Below are positions 19,842 to 29,259 of a stretch of 64,000 nucleotides of DNA, piece by piece. Location of the stretch: NCBI GenBank assembly GCA_049969675.1, contig JBMFOP010000001.1, positions 1 through 64,000 on the forward strand, read 5' to 3'. The notes below the pieces were generated by a model that ran no database searches, was not told where the DNA came from, and worked only from the letters and a program-made list of their open reading frames with translations. Position 1 is the first letter of the stretch. Every line of letters starts with the position of its first letter. The position numbers were made by a program, and so were the translations under genes. Source of the stretch: Myxococcota bacterium. Its GTDB lineage: Bacteria; Myxococcota; SpSt-1050.

Positions 19842-20558
19842 TTGGGTTTTATTGACATACATACACATATTATCCCGAATGTAGATGATGGGGCGAAGGG
19901 CTTTGATGAGGCAATCGTGCGAATCAGAGGGTTACATTCTTTCGGGATTGATACAATAATTGCCACTCCTCATAAGCGCGGGGAACTCTTTGATTTTGAT
20001 GAGGAACTGGTGAAGAGAAATTTTAACTTACTTTCAAATAGATTGATTGAGGAGGGCATTGGTGTAAAGATATACCTCGGTGCAGAGTATTATTTTGGGG
20101 TTGATTTGTTTGAAGATATTGGGGGCAATACTCTATATACACTCGGAAATTCAAAATATATCCTTGTAGAATTTAAGAGTCTGAGATTTTCACAGCAGGA
20201 CAGGGAGAGGCTTTTCAGGATATTTACCTCCGGTTATAAAATAGTTGTTGCACATATCGAGCGTCATAGATTCAACTCCGAATCCTTTTCTACACTTGAA
20301 TATTTGAAAAATAATTCAGCCCTCTTTCAATGTGATATAATGTCGCTCTCCGGGCTCTGGGGAGAAGAGGCGAGACTCTTTATGGAAGAACTCTTAAATA
20401 GAAATTTAGTAGATGTCATTGCTACCGATGTCCATTGTAAAGAATTTGAGAGTGGACTGCTTGAGAAGGGTTTTAGTCGCCTTAAAGAGTTGAGAGGTGA
20501 TGGCTCTTTAGAGAGTTTTATGGGTGAAGTCCTTAAAAAGAGGTTAAATCTATTATGA
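19842..20558 (+). CDS. CpsB/CapC-type PHP protein-tyrosine phosphatase
   Basis: IDIHTHIIPNVDDGA, IIATPH, LGAE, AHIER, ATDVH; TTG start. Confidence 0.88.
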   Translation: MGFIDIHTHIIPNVDDGAKGFDEAIVRIRGLHSFGIDTIIATPHKRGELFDFDEELVKRNFNLLSNRLIEEGIGVKIYLGAEYYFGVDLFEDIGGNTLYTLGNSKYILVEFKSLRFSQQDRERLFRIFTSGYKIVVAHIERHRFNSESFSTLEYLKNNSALFQCDIMSLSGLWGEEARLFMEELLNRNLVDVIATDVHCKEFESGLLEKGFSRLKELRGDGSLESFMGEVLKKRLNLL

Positions 20559-21604
20559 AAAGATACTTAAACCTGTTAATCTCCATTTTACTCGGATTGC
20601 TCTTCTTATATCTCACATTTAAGGGAGTGGATTTTGAAAAACTGATGAATTCGTTTTCACAGATTAAGTGGACATACATAATTTTCTATCTCTTCTTTCT
20701 CACTGGAATTCAGATTGTCAGGACTACAAGGTGGGGGGTGATGCTCAGACCTATCAAGGAGATAACATTTAAGGATTTATATATTGTGAGTTCAGTCGGA
20801 TTTATGGCCCTTGTAACACTACCATTGAGATTGGGGGAATTTGCCAGACCATATCTTATTTATGAGAGATGCGGAGTCTCTATGAGTGCGGCTATGGCTA
20901 CCATTGTGGTGGAGAGGGTCATAGATGGAATTACAATCGGATTTGTCTTCTTTGCAACATGGATTATTCTCGGACTTACATTAAATACTACTATACCACC
21001 TTTTCTCGTCAATGCAGGGATAATCTTCTTTGTAATATTTGTAGTAATTTTTATCATCTGCATCCTGATGTATCTAAAGCAGAGCTTCTTTGAGGAGGTG
21101 GTGAGATTTATCTTCAGGATTTTTTCTCATAAACTTGCGGAGAAGATAGTCGGGATACTGAATAGATTTATCTTCGGACTGAAGTCGCTTCCAGATATCA
21201 GGAGCTTTCTAAATATCTTCTTTCAATCTATGATTTACTGGGGCTTAAACGCCACTGGACTCTATCTGATGTTCTATGCCTGTGGACTTCAGACTGAAAA
21301 TGGGAATGAACTACCATATATCGCCGCTTATGTGGTACTCTGTATGCAGGTAATCGGTATTACAATCCCATCCGGCCCGGCCTTTGTTGGACCATTTGAC
21401 TTCTTTACACTCAAGGCGCTCGAACTGTTTGTAGCACCGTCTCTTATGAACTCCAGCGCACTCCTGTATGTATTTATAGTTCATACGATGCAATTTCTAC
21501 AACAGACATTATATGGGATAATATTTATCTTTACTGGATCTGTCTCATTCAAGTCCATAATCTCTTCCTCAAGGCGAATAAATGATTTTTTAGAACCGAC
21601 ATAA
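20555..21604 (+). CDS. Lysylphosphatidylglycerol synthase TM-domain (UPF0104) flippase-like membrane protein
   Basis: Multiple TMs; RW, LPLRLGEFARPY, TIVVERVID, IPSGPAFVGPF. Confidence 0.85.
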   Translation: MKRYLNLLISILLGLLFLYLTFKGVDFEKLMNSFSQIKWTYIIFYLFFLTGIQIVRTTRWGVMLRPIKEITFKDLYIVSSVGFMALVTLPLRLGEFARPYLIYERCGVSMSAAMATIVVERVIDGITIGFVFFATWIILGLTLNTTIPPFLVNAGIIFFVIFVVIFIICILMYLKQSFFEEVVRFIFRIFSHKLAEKIVGILNRFIFGLKSLPDIRSFLNIFFQSMIYWGLNATGLYLMFYACGLQTENGNELPYIAAYVVLCMQVIGITIPSGPAFVGPFDFFTLKALELFVAPSLMNSSALLYVFIVHTMQFLQQTLYGIIFIFTGSVSFKSIISSSRRINDFLEPT

Positions 21605-21716
21605 CTATTGATTTTGAATACTAAAACACCACAATTATTCCTCCGCACTCAAATTTTTCTGTTTTTCTTGACACAGAAATTTTACACTTTATTGTATATT
21701 AAAGGACTATCAAGAC

Positions 21717-21881
21717 ATGAAAATTGAGATGTTTCAAGACTCTTTACCGGTTGCCTGTCATTCTGGATTGGCCAATCGGATTATATACGGAGCTATTGAA
21801 TATGCCAGAAAGATTGGATTTGAGCCCCATAAAGACTTTTTAATGTCCCTGTTTGTTCTAAATGAGACACCTATTACTTAA
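21717..21881 (+). pseudogene. 54-aa ORF, probable fragment of a longer conserved hypothetical protein
   Basis: Not in the ORF track: MKIEMFQDSLPVACHSGLANRIIYGAIEYARKIGFEPHKDFLMSLFVLNETPIT*; YGAxxYAxxxGFxPHxDF is a motif I recall from longer hypothetical proteins. Confidence 0.45.
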
Positions 21882-21899
21882 ATTTTGGGATGTTAGGGA

Positions 21900-23009
21900 T
21901 TAATTGCTTAAAATAGACTCTATCTTTTCTTTCATAATAATAGAAGTAATGTAACCTCTGAACATATCTTTTACTTGATTGAGTTTCTTCTTTATTACGG
22001 AGATATGTTCTTTGTTATTGATAATGGAGATTGTGGTGCTGACTATATCGTGGTGTGAGAGATAAGGGCTGATGAGCTCGGTTATAAATCTCTCATTCAA
22101 AATAATATTTGGCATAATAGTGGTATCTGTATGTAATAGGAGTCTGCCGGCGATGTATGTGTAGATATCTGGTTTATAAACTCCGATAAATGGAATTCCT
22201 GCAAAGGTGGCCTCCATTGTAGTTGAACCCGAACTTATGATTGAAAAGTCTGAGGCTTTGATTAATGATGATGCTGAGAGGGGAGAGTATAGAATCTTAT
22301 TTCTAACTTTTAGAGATTTTCTATTTATGTCTGATATCACAATCTTATAGTTGGGAAGCTTCTCTGAGAGGAGCATTGCAGTATCTTCAAAGAGGGAGAA
22401 ATGTCTTTTGAGCACATTCTCTCGTGTGCCGGGGAATAAACTGATGATCCTCTCCCTCTTCTTTAATCCGAGTTTGTTTTTGTGTTTTTCAATATCTTCA
22501 TCCATAGTTATCTGTTCAAACTTTGGGTGACCAACAAACTCTGCATCTACTTCAGAATCTTTCAATATCTCTTTTTCAAACGGAAATATTACAAATACCT
22601 TTTTAAAATATCTCTTGAGATACTTAACCCTGTATCCCCTCCACGCCCATATCTGAGGGATGATAAAGTAGTATAGATTGATGCCTTTATTGTAGAGAGT
22701 TCGTGCCAGTAGCATATTGAATTCGGGGTTGTCCACAAAAATTATATCAGAAATCCTATGCCCGGTTATGTAATGATTTATCTCAATGAATGTTTTCAGA
22801 TACAAAGAGAGTATATTGCCTTCAAGAGTGAGTCCATTGAATGATGGTATATAAATATTACTTCTCAATTCCTCCTGTATAATGGAGTAATCGGGGGCAA
22901 CGATACGGATACTATTTATAAACTGTTTATCAATTTTATTTATGGCAGGGAGGATGCTCTCAACTCCGGACCTCTCACCGGTTATTATTAAAAGTCTTTT
23001 ATCTGTCAT
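21900..23009 (-). CDS. lpxB: Lipid-A-disaccharide synthase (divergent)
   Basis: IITGERSG, VDNPEFN, PQIWAWR, IFPFE, FVGHP, LFPGTR, SGSTTME, MPNII; start taken at MTDKR. Confidence 0.85.
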   Translation of the reverse strand: MTDKRLLIITGERSGVESILPAINKIDKQFINSIRIVAPDYSIIQEELRSNIYIPSFNGLTLEGNILSLYLKTFIEINHYITGHRISDIIFVDNPEFNMLLARTLYNKGINLYYFIIPQIWAWRGYRVKYLKRYFKKVFVIFPFEKEILKDSEVDAEFVGHPKFEQITMDEDIEKHKNKLGLKKRERIISLFPGTRENVLKRHFSLFEDTAMLLSEKLPNYKIVISDINRKSLKVRNKILYSPLSASSLIKASDFSIISSGSTTMEATFAGIPFIGVYKPDIYTYIAGRLLLHTDTTIMPNIILNERFITELISPYLSHHDIVSTTISIINNKEHISVIKKKLNQVKDMFRGYITSIIMKEKIESILSN

Positions 23010-23553
23010 ATCTCTTTGTGAAATCCCTCCTTGAATCCATTGCCATATTTGCAAGTCTATCTGCCTCTCTGTTCTGCTCTCTCGGGATGTGTTTTATAGA
23101 GAAACTCTTGAATTTTTGAATCAACTCATTTGCCTTTCTATACAATGGAATCAGATTCGGACTCTTTACTAAATAGATACCCCGCATTTGTCTCTCAAGC
23201 AGCTCGGAGTCTGTATATACGGTGAGTGTGTTTGCCTTTAGCCTGATGCCATTTGAAAGCGCAAGTATTAGTGCATTATATTCAGCCTCATTGTTGGTAA
23301 TGCTCTCAAAGTATCTGACACTCTCAATAAGCCTCCTGTTATTTCTAAAAATTATGCAGGCGGATGCCCCACAGCCGGGATTACCCCTTGATCCCCCATC
23401 TATATATGCTATTAGTTCATTTTTGATAATATCTCCATTTTCAAGAAGAGTTATAATTTCATTTACAACATTTTCAGCCTTATCTGTCTCTACCCCATAT
23501 TTTATTAAGATGTTATAGATTCTATCCTTTAGGTCTTTTTTAGACATTAACAA
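22999..23553 (-). CDS. rnhA: Ribonuclease HI (archaeal/actinobacterial-like type) with N-terminal extension
   Basis: YIDGGSRGNPG, TNNEAEYNAL, TDSELLERQMRG, HIPREQNREADRLAN. Confidence 0.9.
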   Translation of the reverse strand: MLMSKKDLKDRIYNILIKYGVETDKAENVVNEIITLLENGDIIKNELIAYIDGGSRGNPGCGASACIIFRNNRRLIESVRYFESITNNEAEYNALILALSNGIRLKANTLTVYTDSELLERQMRGIYLVKSPNLIPLYRKANELIQKFKSFSIKHIPREQNREADRLANMAMDSRRDFTKRYDR

Positions 23554-24291
23554 TCAGTTGCTATTTGCAGCCGGGTTCTCATCCAGTATCTCTTCAATGT
23601 AGATTATCCTCTGACAGCTTGGACAGGTCTCAATGGAGATAGCCGCATATACCTTGGTGAATAGTTGGGGAGGTATTCCCATGTGGCAACCCGCACAGGT
23701 CCCATTCACTATCGGGACGATTGCCAGTCCATTTCTTCGCTCCTTGATTCTGTCATATTCATTCAATATCTCCGGTTTGATTCCTCCTAATTGCTTCTTT
23801 CTCTCCTCAGTGAGTTTGTCTATATTGGCATTTATATCTTTTGCCCTGGTATTGAGCTCTTCCTCATCTTTTGCCAATCTCTCTTTAATAATATTTAATT
23901 GCTTCTCTTCCTCTGTAATCAGCCTCTTGAAGGAATCCATCTCCTCAAGTATTTTAAGCACCTCATCCTCCATCTCATCCAGTGCCTTTTTGAGTACCTC
24001 AATCTCATGCATCAGTGCTATTCCCTCTCTTGAATTCCTGGATTCATTGAATCTCGCCTCCCACTTTTTGAGGTTGGTCTTTTCTACCTTAATCTCCTCC
24101 TCAATCTTATTCTTCCGTGTCTCCAGCTCCTTTATCTTTTCGTTCTTTTTGGCAATGGACTGCTCAATTGTGGATAACTCCTCAAGGGTGGTCTCTCTCT
24201 TCCTGTTTAAGAGATTCAGCTCGTTTTTGTATTTGTATATCTCAACATCAATCTTCTGTATATTCCTTAATAATTTAAGTTGATTAATCAC
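23554..24291 (-). CDS. Coiled-coil protein with C4-type zinc ribbon (CT398/HP0958-like)
   Basis: Long coiled coil followed by CAGCHM...CPSCQRII. Confidence 0.9.
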   Translation of the reverse strand: MINQLKLLRNIQKIDVEIYKYKNELNLLNRKRETTLEELSTIEQSIAKKNEKIKELETRKNKIEEEIKVEKTNLKKWEARFNESRNSREGIALMHEIEVLKKALDEMEDEVLKILEEMDSFKRLITEEEKQLNIIKERLAKDEEELNTRAKDINANIDKLTEERKKQLGGIKPEILNEYDRIKERRNGLAIVPIVNGTCAGCHMGIPPQLFTKVYAAISIETCPSCQRIIYIEEILDENPAANSN

Positions 24292-24313
24292 CTGCTCCTC
24301 CTTGTTTTAAAAC

Positions 24314-24345
24314 AAAAAGAGCCGCTTTTATGACTGCGGCTCTTC
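24314..24345 (-). terminator. Rho-independent terminator downstream of the tRNA
   Basis: Minus strand GAAGAGCCGC-loop-GCGGCTCTTTTT. Confidence 0.65.
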
Positions 24346-24428
24346 TCTAATATAAAGCTGAACCTTGCTATGTTCAAACGGTCTTTATAACGTCCTGTAT
24401 AGTAATAAATATACATCTCTTAAAAAAC

Positions 24429-24501
24429 TGGGCCCACCAGGACTCGAACCTGGAACCAACCGGTTATGAGCCGGTAGCTCTACCACCTGAGCTATGGGCC
24501 C
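24429..24501 (-). tRNA. tRNA with CAT anticodon, probably tRNA-Ile2 (lysidine)
   Basis: GGGCCCATAGCTCAGGTGGTAGAGCT-ACCGG-CTCATAA-CCGGT...GGTTCGAGTCCTGGTGGGCCCA; paired 1:72 and no 3GC anticodon stem, so not initiator; CCA not encoded; Ile2 versus elongator Met is inferred. Confidence 0.9.
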
Positions 24502-24583
24502 AGATGAAAAGGGTGTTAAACACCCAAACAGGGCGAGCAATGTAATCCAATTTATGGATTTGGTCAACAGAAAATTTTAATAT

Positions 24584-25384
24584 TTATGAATTTTTTTCAA
24601 GTCTTAAGCCCTCCGGTATCGGACTGCCTTTGAAGTAGATTGTTGAATCTTCATCTACCTCAAAGAGACCGAGTGCAATGTAATCAAGCGTGAGAGGTAA
24701 TATCTTCCAGTCTCCCCCTTCTTTTAGCCTATTCTGATTTATCTGCTCAGCGCTCTTTAGTTGTTCTTTATCTAACGGGTCAAATCCGTCTGGCAAAATT
24801 ATCTCAACAGGTTCTGATATTAATAGCAGCCTTCCATTATCAACTATCTCCTCTACAATATGTGTGCTTGAACGAATAAATCTCTCCTTTGCGAGAATGG
24901 CATCTCTTATGGGATGTGCCCCTACATATCTCCTCTTCCCATTCCTATCCCTGATACTCAAATCCGCTGGATGTACATTTATTGCAAGATATCTTTTGAT
25001 AATCACATTTGTTAAGATGCTCATATAACCAGCAAGGACTATGATATCGGGATTGTATTTTTTTATCTTATCAAGCGAAATTTTATCAAACTCCTCCCTT
25101 ATTGAGAGGTCCTTCTTAGGTAGCCCCTTTGATCTATAAAAGGCTTCTATATCATTTATCTCAACAGGGATATTGTGCATTTCTCCAATCCTCACGGCAT
25201 TGGATTTGGGATTGTCAGTAAGAATCCCTACGACTTTATATAGGTATCTACCTCTAATTTTTAATGTCTCTTCCTGATGTTCAATTATTTTTATAAGATT
25301 TGTCCCCGAACCAGATATAAATGCTACAACTTTGAGGATATCATCACTTTTCTTAATGAGTCTATTAAGAACTTTCATATTCAC
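24584..25384 (-). CDS. Formyltransferase, PurN-like (phosphoribosylglycinamide formyltransferase family)
   Basis: FISGSGTNL, LAGYMSIL, INVHPADL, STHIVEEIVDNG. Confidence 0.82.
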   Translation of the reverse strand: MNMKVLNRLIKKSDDILKVVAFISGSGTNLIKIIEHQEETLKIRGRYLYKVVGILTDNPKSNAVRIGEMHNIPVEINDIEAFYRSKGLPKKDLSIREEFDKISLDKIKKYNPDIIVLAGYMSILTNVIIKRYLAINVHPADLSIRDRNGKRRYVGAHPIRDAILAKERFIRSSTHIVEEIVDNGRLLLISEPVEIILPDGFDPLDKEQLKSAEQINQNRLKEGGDWKILPLTLDYIALGLFEVDEDSTIYFKGSPIPEGLRLEKNS

Positions 25385-25479
25385 CCCTTATCCCTGTTGA
25401 TACAATGTTTTGTGGTTTCTTGCAAATACTTTAATTGCCTTTTGCATCTGGATTACTTTTTCAATTGTTATAGAGATTT

Positions 25480-25711
25480 TGACAATATGACTGATTTATC
25501 AGCCTAATTTTTGACAAAATGTCAGACCTACCTTTAAAATCTTGCTGTCTGGTATTCATCCAGTTAATTAGAATACTGACACCTTCTTCCCCATCTTTTA
25601 AAATTGAGGCGTAATATCAATAAATTACAGAATATCTTTCTCAATTTTTGAGTGAACGATTTTGGCATATCACCCTATTTGTGGTATCTACTATTCTGGA
25701 ATGCAAATTGA
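25480..25711 (+). promoter_or_regulatory. Candidate sigma54 promoter region of the T2SS operon
   Basis: TGACAATATGAC (25480), TGACAAAATGTCA (25512), IHF consensus TATCAATAAATTA (25615-25627), TGGAATGCAAATTGA (25697-25711). Confidence 0.45.
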
Positions 25712-25728
25712 AAAATCAAAAAGCCACT

Positions 25729-26646
25729 ATGGTTGTTATATCATTTATTAAAAGAAATTTATGGCTATTAAATTTGTTCTTTATCTTCCTTTTCAGTTTC
25801 CTTATCTCCCAGTTTATATCTACATTCATAGAATTTAAGCTCAGGACCCCTCCTGAGATACCAAAGTTCAATCCCCCATCTCTCTCATCTATTCAATCAA
25901 TACCCTCAGAACAATCTAAAATTGAAGATATCAAGAGTAAGAATTTCTTGAAGACAGTTGTGGCAGGGCCTCCGCCTTCAATTGACACCTCGGTTGAGGT
26001 AAATGATGAGGGTCTGAATGAGGACCTGCCTGTGGCTGGAAGTATAAATTACAAACTCGTGGGGACGGTGGTCTCCTCAATTGAGAGGTATTCTCTGGCA
26101 ATATTAATTGACAATAGTACAAACACAACAGGTGTATATTCTGTGGGTGATCAACTTCAGGATGCAGTGATAACCAGCATTGAACGAAAGAGGATGTATT
26201 ATAAACGGGGGAGGAGGATTGAATACCTTGATCTTGAAGAGGTGAATAAAGAGAATGTTCCTAAGTTTAAGCCTGCACCAGCCGCGGTTGCCCCTCCATC
26301 TGAGGAGGGTGTAAGAAAGATTGCAGAGGGCAAATATGTTGTATCTCAGAGCGAGCTTGAAAGGACACTTACAAATTTAAACGATGTTGCGATGCAGGCC
26401 CGTATTGTTCCAAACTTTGAAGGGGGTAAGGCAAACGGATTTAAGATATTCAATATAAAGGCAAATTCAATCTACGAAAAGATTGGATTAAAAAATGGTG
26501 ATGTCATTCAAAAGATAAATGGCTTTGAGATAAATAGCCCCGATAAAGCCTTTGAGGTCTATCAGAAACTCAAGGATGCAAAGGCTATTAATGTGGAGAT
26601 TAACAGGGGTGGCTCAAATATGACGCTGGATTATACAATAAGGTGA
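25729..26646 (+). CDS. gspC: Type II secretion protein C (with PDZ)
   Basis: N-terminal TM, KLVGTVV HR domain, ARIVP...GFKIFNI...GLKNGDVIQKING PDZ; exact start uncertain. Confidence 0.9.
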   Translation: MVVISFIKRNLWLLNLFFIFLFSFLISQFISTFIEFKLRTPPEIPKFNPPSLSSIQSIPSEQSKIEDIKSKNFLKTVVAGPPPSIDTSVEVNDEGLNEDLPVAGSINYKLVGTVVSSIERYSLAILIDNSTNTTGVYSVGDQLQDAVITSIERKRMYYKRGRRIEYLDLEEVNKENVPKFKPAPAAVAPPSEEGVRKIAEGKYVVSQSELERTLTNLNDVAMQARIVPNFEGGKANGFKIFNIKANSIYEKIGLKNGDVIQKINGFEINSPDKAFEVYQKLKDAKAINVEINRGGSNMTLDYTIR

Positions 26647-26663
26647 AGAATGAGGAGATTTTT

Positions 26664-29255
26664 ATGAATAGACGGATTTTGATTTTTCTTGCTTCAATAT
26701 TTATGACCCTCTTCTCTTTTGAACTGATGGCGCAGGTGGAGAAGAGGCCATCTCTTAATATCCCAACCAAGGGGATATTGCGAGGTAAAGATGTATTGAA
26801 TCCACAAAATCTGAAGAAGAAGAGGCCACCTCAGGAGGTTGTTGCACCGGAGAAGGAGCAGAAGGCAGAAATCAAAAAGGAGGAGAATCTACCTAAGGGT
26901 GAGGTATTAAAGGGTGAAGAGAAGGTGGAGATATCGGAGGCATCGGAGTCCAGTTCCTGTCTCAAGAGCAGAGGGAAGGGACCATATAAACTTGATTTTA
27001 ATAAGGCAGATATCATTGATATTGTGAAGTTTATCTCAGAACTCACCTGTAAGAATTTCATTATTCCAGATAATTTACGACAGGGTAAGATTACAATTAT
27101 GTCGCCGGAGCCGATCAGTGCTGAAGAAGTTTACAGGGCATTTCTATCCGCCCTTGAGGTCAATAAGATTACCATTGTACCAGCAGGTAAATATCTCAAG
27201 TTGATGGGTCAGAGGGAATCCATCTCTTCCACAATACCAACAGTCGTGGGAGATGAGAAATACCCGATAGATGACCGTATGATAACCAAGATTGTAAGGG
27301 TGAAGTATGTTGACCCCAATACATTGCTTCCGACTCTTAAGCAGCTTGCGAGCAAGGATGGGGATATATTTCTCTATGCCCCGACAAATGCGCTGATTAT
27401 AAGCGATACAGGTAATAATCTCTACAGACTTGAGAAGATAATGGAGGAGTTAGATAAGCCGGGCTTTGTTCAGGAGATCCACCTCTATCAATTGACCTAT
27501 GCCGTTGCCTCCCAGATGGCTGAGAAACTGACCAATATATTTGATGTTAAGGGTGGCCAGGGTGGCGCCCCGGCACCTACATTCAGGCCCGCCCCTGCAC
27601 CCGGAGAGCAGGCACCTCCCTTGAGGGAGAAGAGAGATGATGAGGATACAAAGATTTCTAAGATAATTGCGGACGATAGGACGAATAAACTTATCATAAT
27701 TGCCACAAAGAAGTCTTTTGAAGATATAGTTGAGGTGATAAAAAAACTGGATGTGCCAGTCCCCGGAGAGGGTCAGGTCCATGTTTACTATTTGCAATAT
27801 GCAGATGCTGACCAGCTTGCCAACACACTCTCTCAACTTGCACAGGGGTATAAAGGTGCGAAGGGTGCATCTACCCCCAAACCACCTACGGCTGCCCCAT
27901 CTGCCCCGGGTGCCTCTGCTGAACTCTTTCAGGGAGAGATCAAGATCACCGCTGACAAACCTACAAATTCGCTTTTGATAATTGCCAATCAGAGTGATTA
28001 CAAGAATCTTGTGAAGGTGATTGAAAAGTTAGATGTGAGGAGGAGACAGGTATTTGTTGAGGCTGTGATTATGGAGGTCTCTCTTGATAAGAGGAAGAGT
28101 GCCGGTCTGGCATTCAATGCAGGGATGGGAATGGAATATGATGGGCAGAAATTTCCAGTCTTCGCGGGGACTATGCTTGGTGGACTCAATTCACTGGTCC
28201 TTGAACCTTCATCACTGGCGCAGCTTGGAGGCTTTATCTCCGGTGCTCAGGGTCCTCCAGTTGAAGGTGTGGAACTGGGTGGTGCTACCAAGATAAGTTT
28301 ACCGAGTTTTGGTGTGATATTGAGGGCACTGCAGTCAAATTCAGATGTCAATGTCCTATCAACCCCGCATATTCTGACCACGGATAATGAAGATGCTGAG
28401 ATACTGGTAGGACAGAACATCCCATATCAGGCGGGCTTTACCTCAACCCTCGGTGGGGCAAATCTGACCTCCTGGACACCGATAGTATCCATTCAGAGAC
28501 AGGATGTGGCTCTCAAGATGAAGATCAAACCACAGATAAATCAGAGCGACTATGTAAAACTCAATATTGAACAGGAGGTCTCAGAGGTGGCAGGGACAGA
28601 CCCCGTATTGGGTCCTACCACTACAAAGAGGTCTGCAAAGACTGTGGTCGTTGTAAAGGACCAGCAGACTGTCGCAATAGGTGGTCTTATGAGAGATAAT
28701 CAATCTGTCTCTGTCTCAAAGGTCCCCATTCTGGGAGATATCCCAATTATTGGATGGCTATTTAAGAGTAAGGAGACCAAGACGACCAAGACTAATCTCT
28801 TATTGTTCCTGACGCCGTATATTATAAATGATAAGGATGATTTTAGGAGGATATTTGAGAGGAAGATGAGAGAGCGGAAGGAGTTTATTGAGCGTTTTTA
28901 TGGTGCAGGGGCAGAGTATGATATCTACATTGATTACAATAAGAAACACGGGCCATTCTTTGAGATGAATAAGAAGATGGATTCTGAACTAAATAAATTT
29001 GAAAACGGTGGGAAAGGTGTAGATGATGAGATTCTGATAACACCGGATACTGACCTGAATATGATAAAACAGAATGAAAATCCTGCAAAGGATTCAAAAG
29101 AGCAGCAGGGGGTAGAGAAGAAGATAAATCTCAAGTCTCAGACAGAATCCCCGCCAGTGATAAAAGATAATGCCATTGTGCCCAATCAGGATAAAGTTGA
29201 GGGCGATAAGCCCCTAAAGAATGATGAGCAGAAGGAGCATTTAGAGGTGGAATAG
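26664..29255 (+). CDS. gspD: Type II secretion secretin
   Basis: LDFNKADI N0 domain, TNALII/TNKLII/TNSLLI repeats, QVFVEAVIMEV, NVLSTPHILT, KVPILGDIPIIGWLF. Confidence 0.96.
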   Translation: MNRRILIFLASIFMTLFSFELMAQVEKRPSLNIPTKGILRGKDVLNPQNLKKKRPPQEVVAPEKEQKAEIKKEENLPKGEVLKGEEKVEISEASESSSCLKSRGKGPYKLDFNKADIIDIVKFISELTCKNFIIPDNLRQGKITIMSPEPISAEEVYRAFLSALEVNKITIVPAGKYLKLMGQRESISSTIPTVVGDEKYPIDDRMITKIVRVKYVDPNTLLPTLKQLASKDGDIFLYAPTNALIISDTGNNLYRLEKIMEELDKPGFVQEIHLYQLTYAVASQMAEKLTNIFDVKGGQGGAPAPTFRPAPAPGEQAPPLREKRDDEDTKISKIIADDRTNKLIIIATKKSFEDIVEVIKKLDVPVPGEGQVHVYYLQYADADQLANTLSQLAQGYKGAKGASTPKPPTAAPSAPGASAELFQGEIKITADKPTNSLLIIANQSDYKNLVKVIEKLDVRRRQVFVEAVIMEVSLDKRKSAGLAFNAGMGMEYDGQKFPVFAGTMLGGLNSLVLEPSSLAQLGGFISGAQGPPVEGVELGGATKISLPSFGVILRALQSNSDVNVLSTPHILTTDNEDAEILVGQNIPYQAGFTSTLGGANLTSWTPIVSIQRQDVALKMKIKPQINQSDYVKLNIEQEVSEVAGTDPVLGPTTTKRSAKTVVVVKDQQTVAIGGLMRDNQSVSVSKVPILGDIPIIGWLFKSKETKTTKTNLLLFLTPYIINDKDDFRRIFERKMRERKEFIERFYGAGAEYDIYIDYNKKHGPFFEMNKKMDSELNKFENGGKGVDDEILITPDTDLNMIKQNENPAKDSKEQQGVEKKINLKSQTESPPVIKDNAIVPNQDKVEGDKPLKNDEQKEHLEVE

Positions 29256-29259
29256 ATAT

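Noticed and set aside
21605..21900. Possible RNase P RNA downstream of the zinc ribbon-rnhA unit
   Set aside because: No GAGGAAAGTCC or other rnpB signature; region is AT-rich
23633..24283. 216-aa + strand ORF
   Set aside because: Ser/Phe/Leu-rich antisense shadow of the Glu/Lys-rich zinc-ribbon gene; the same applies to most short overlapping ORFs in the track
24385..24567. 60-aa ORF
   Set aside because: It is a translation through the tRNA gene
25663..25677. TGGCATATCACCCTA as a sigma54 promoter
   Set aside because: -24 box only, with no -12 match; the element at 25697 fits better
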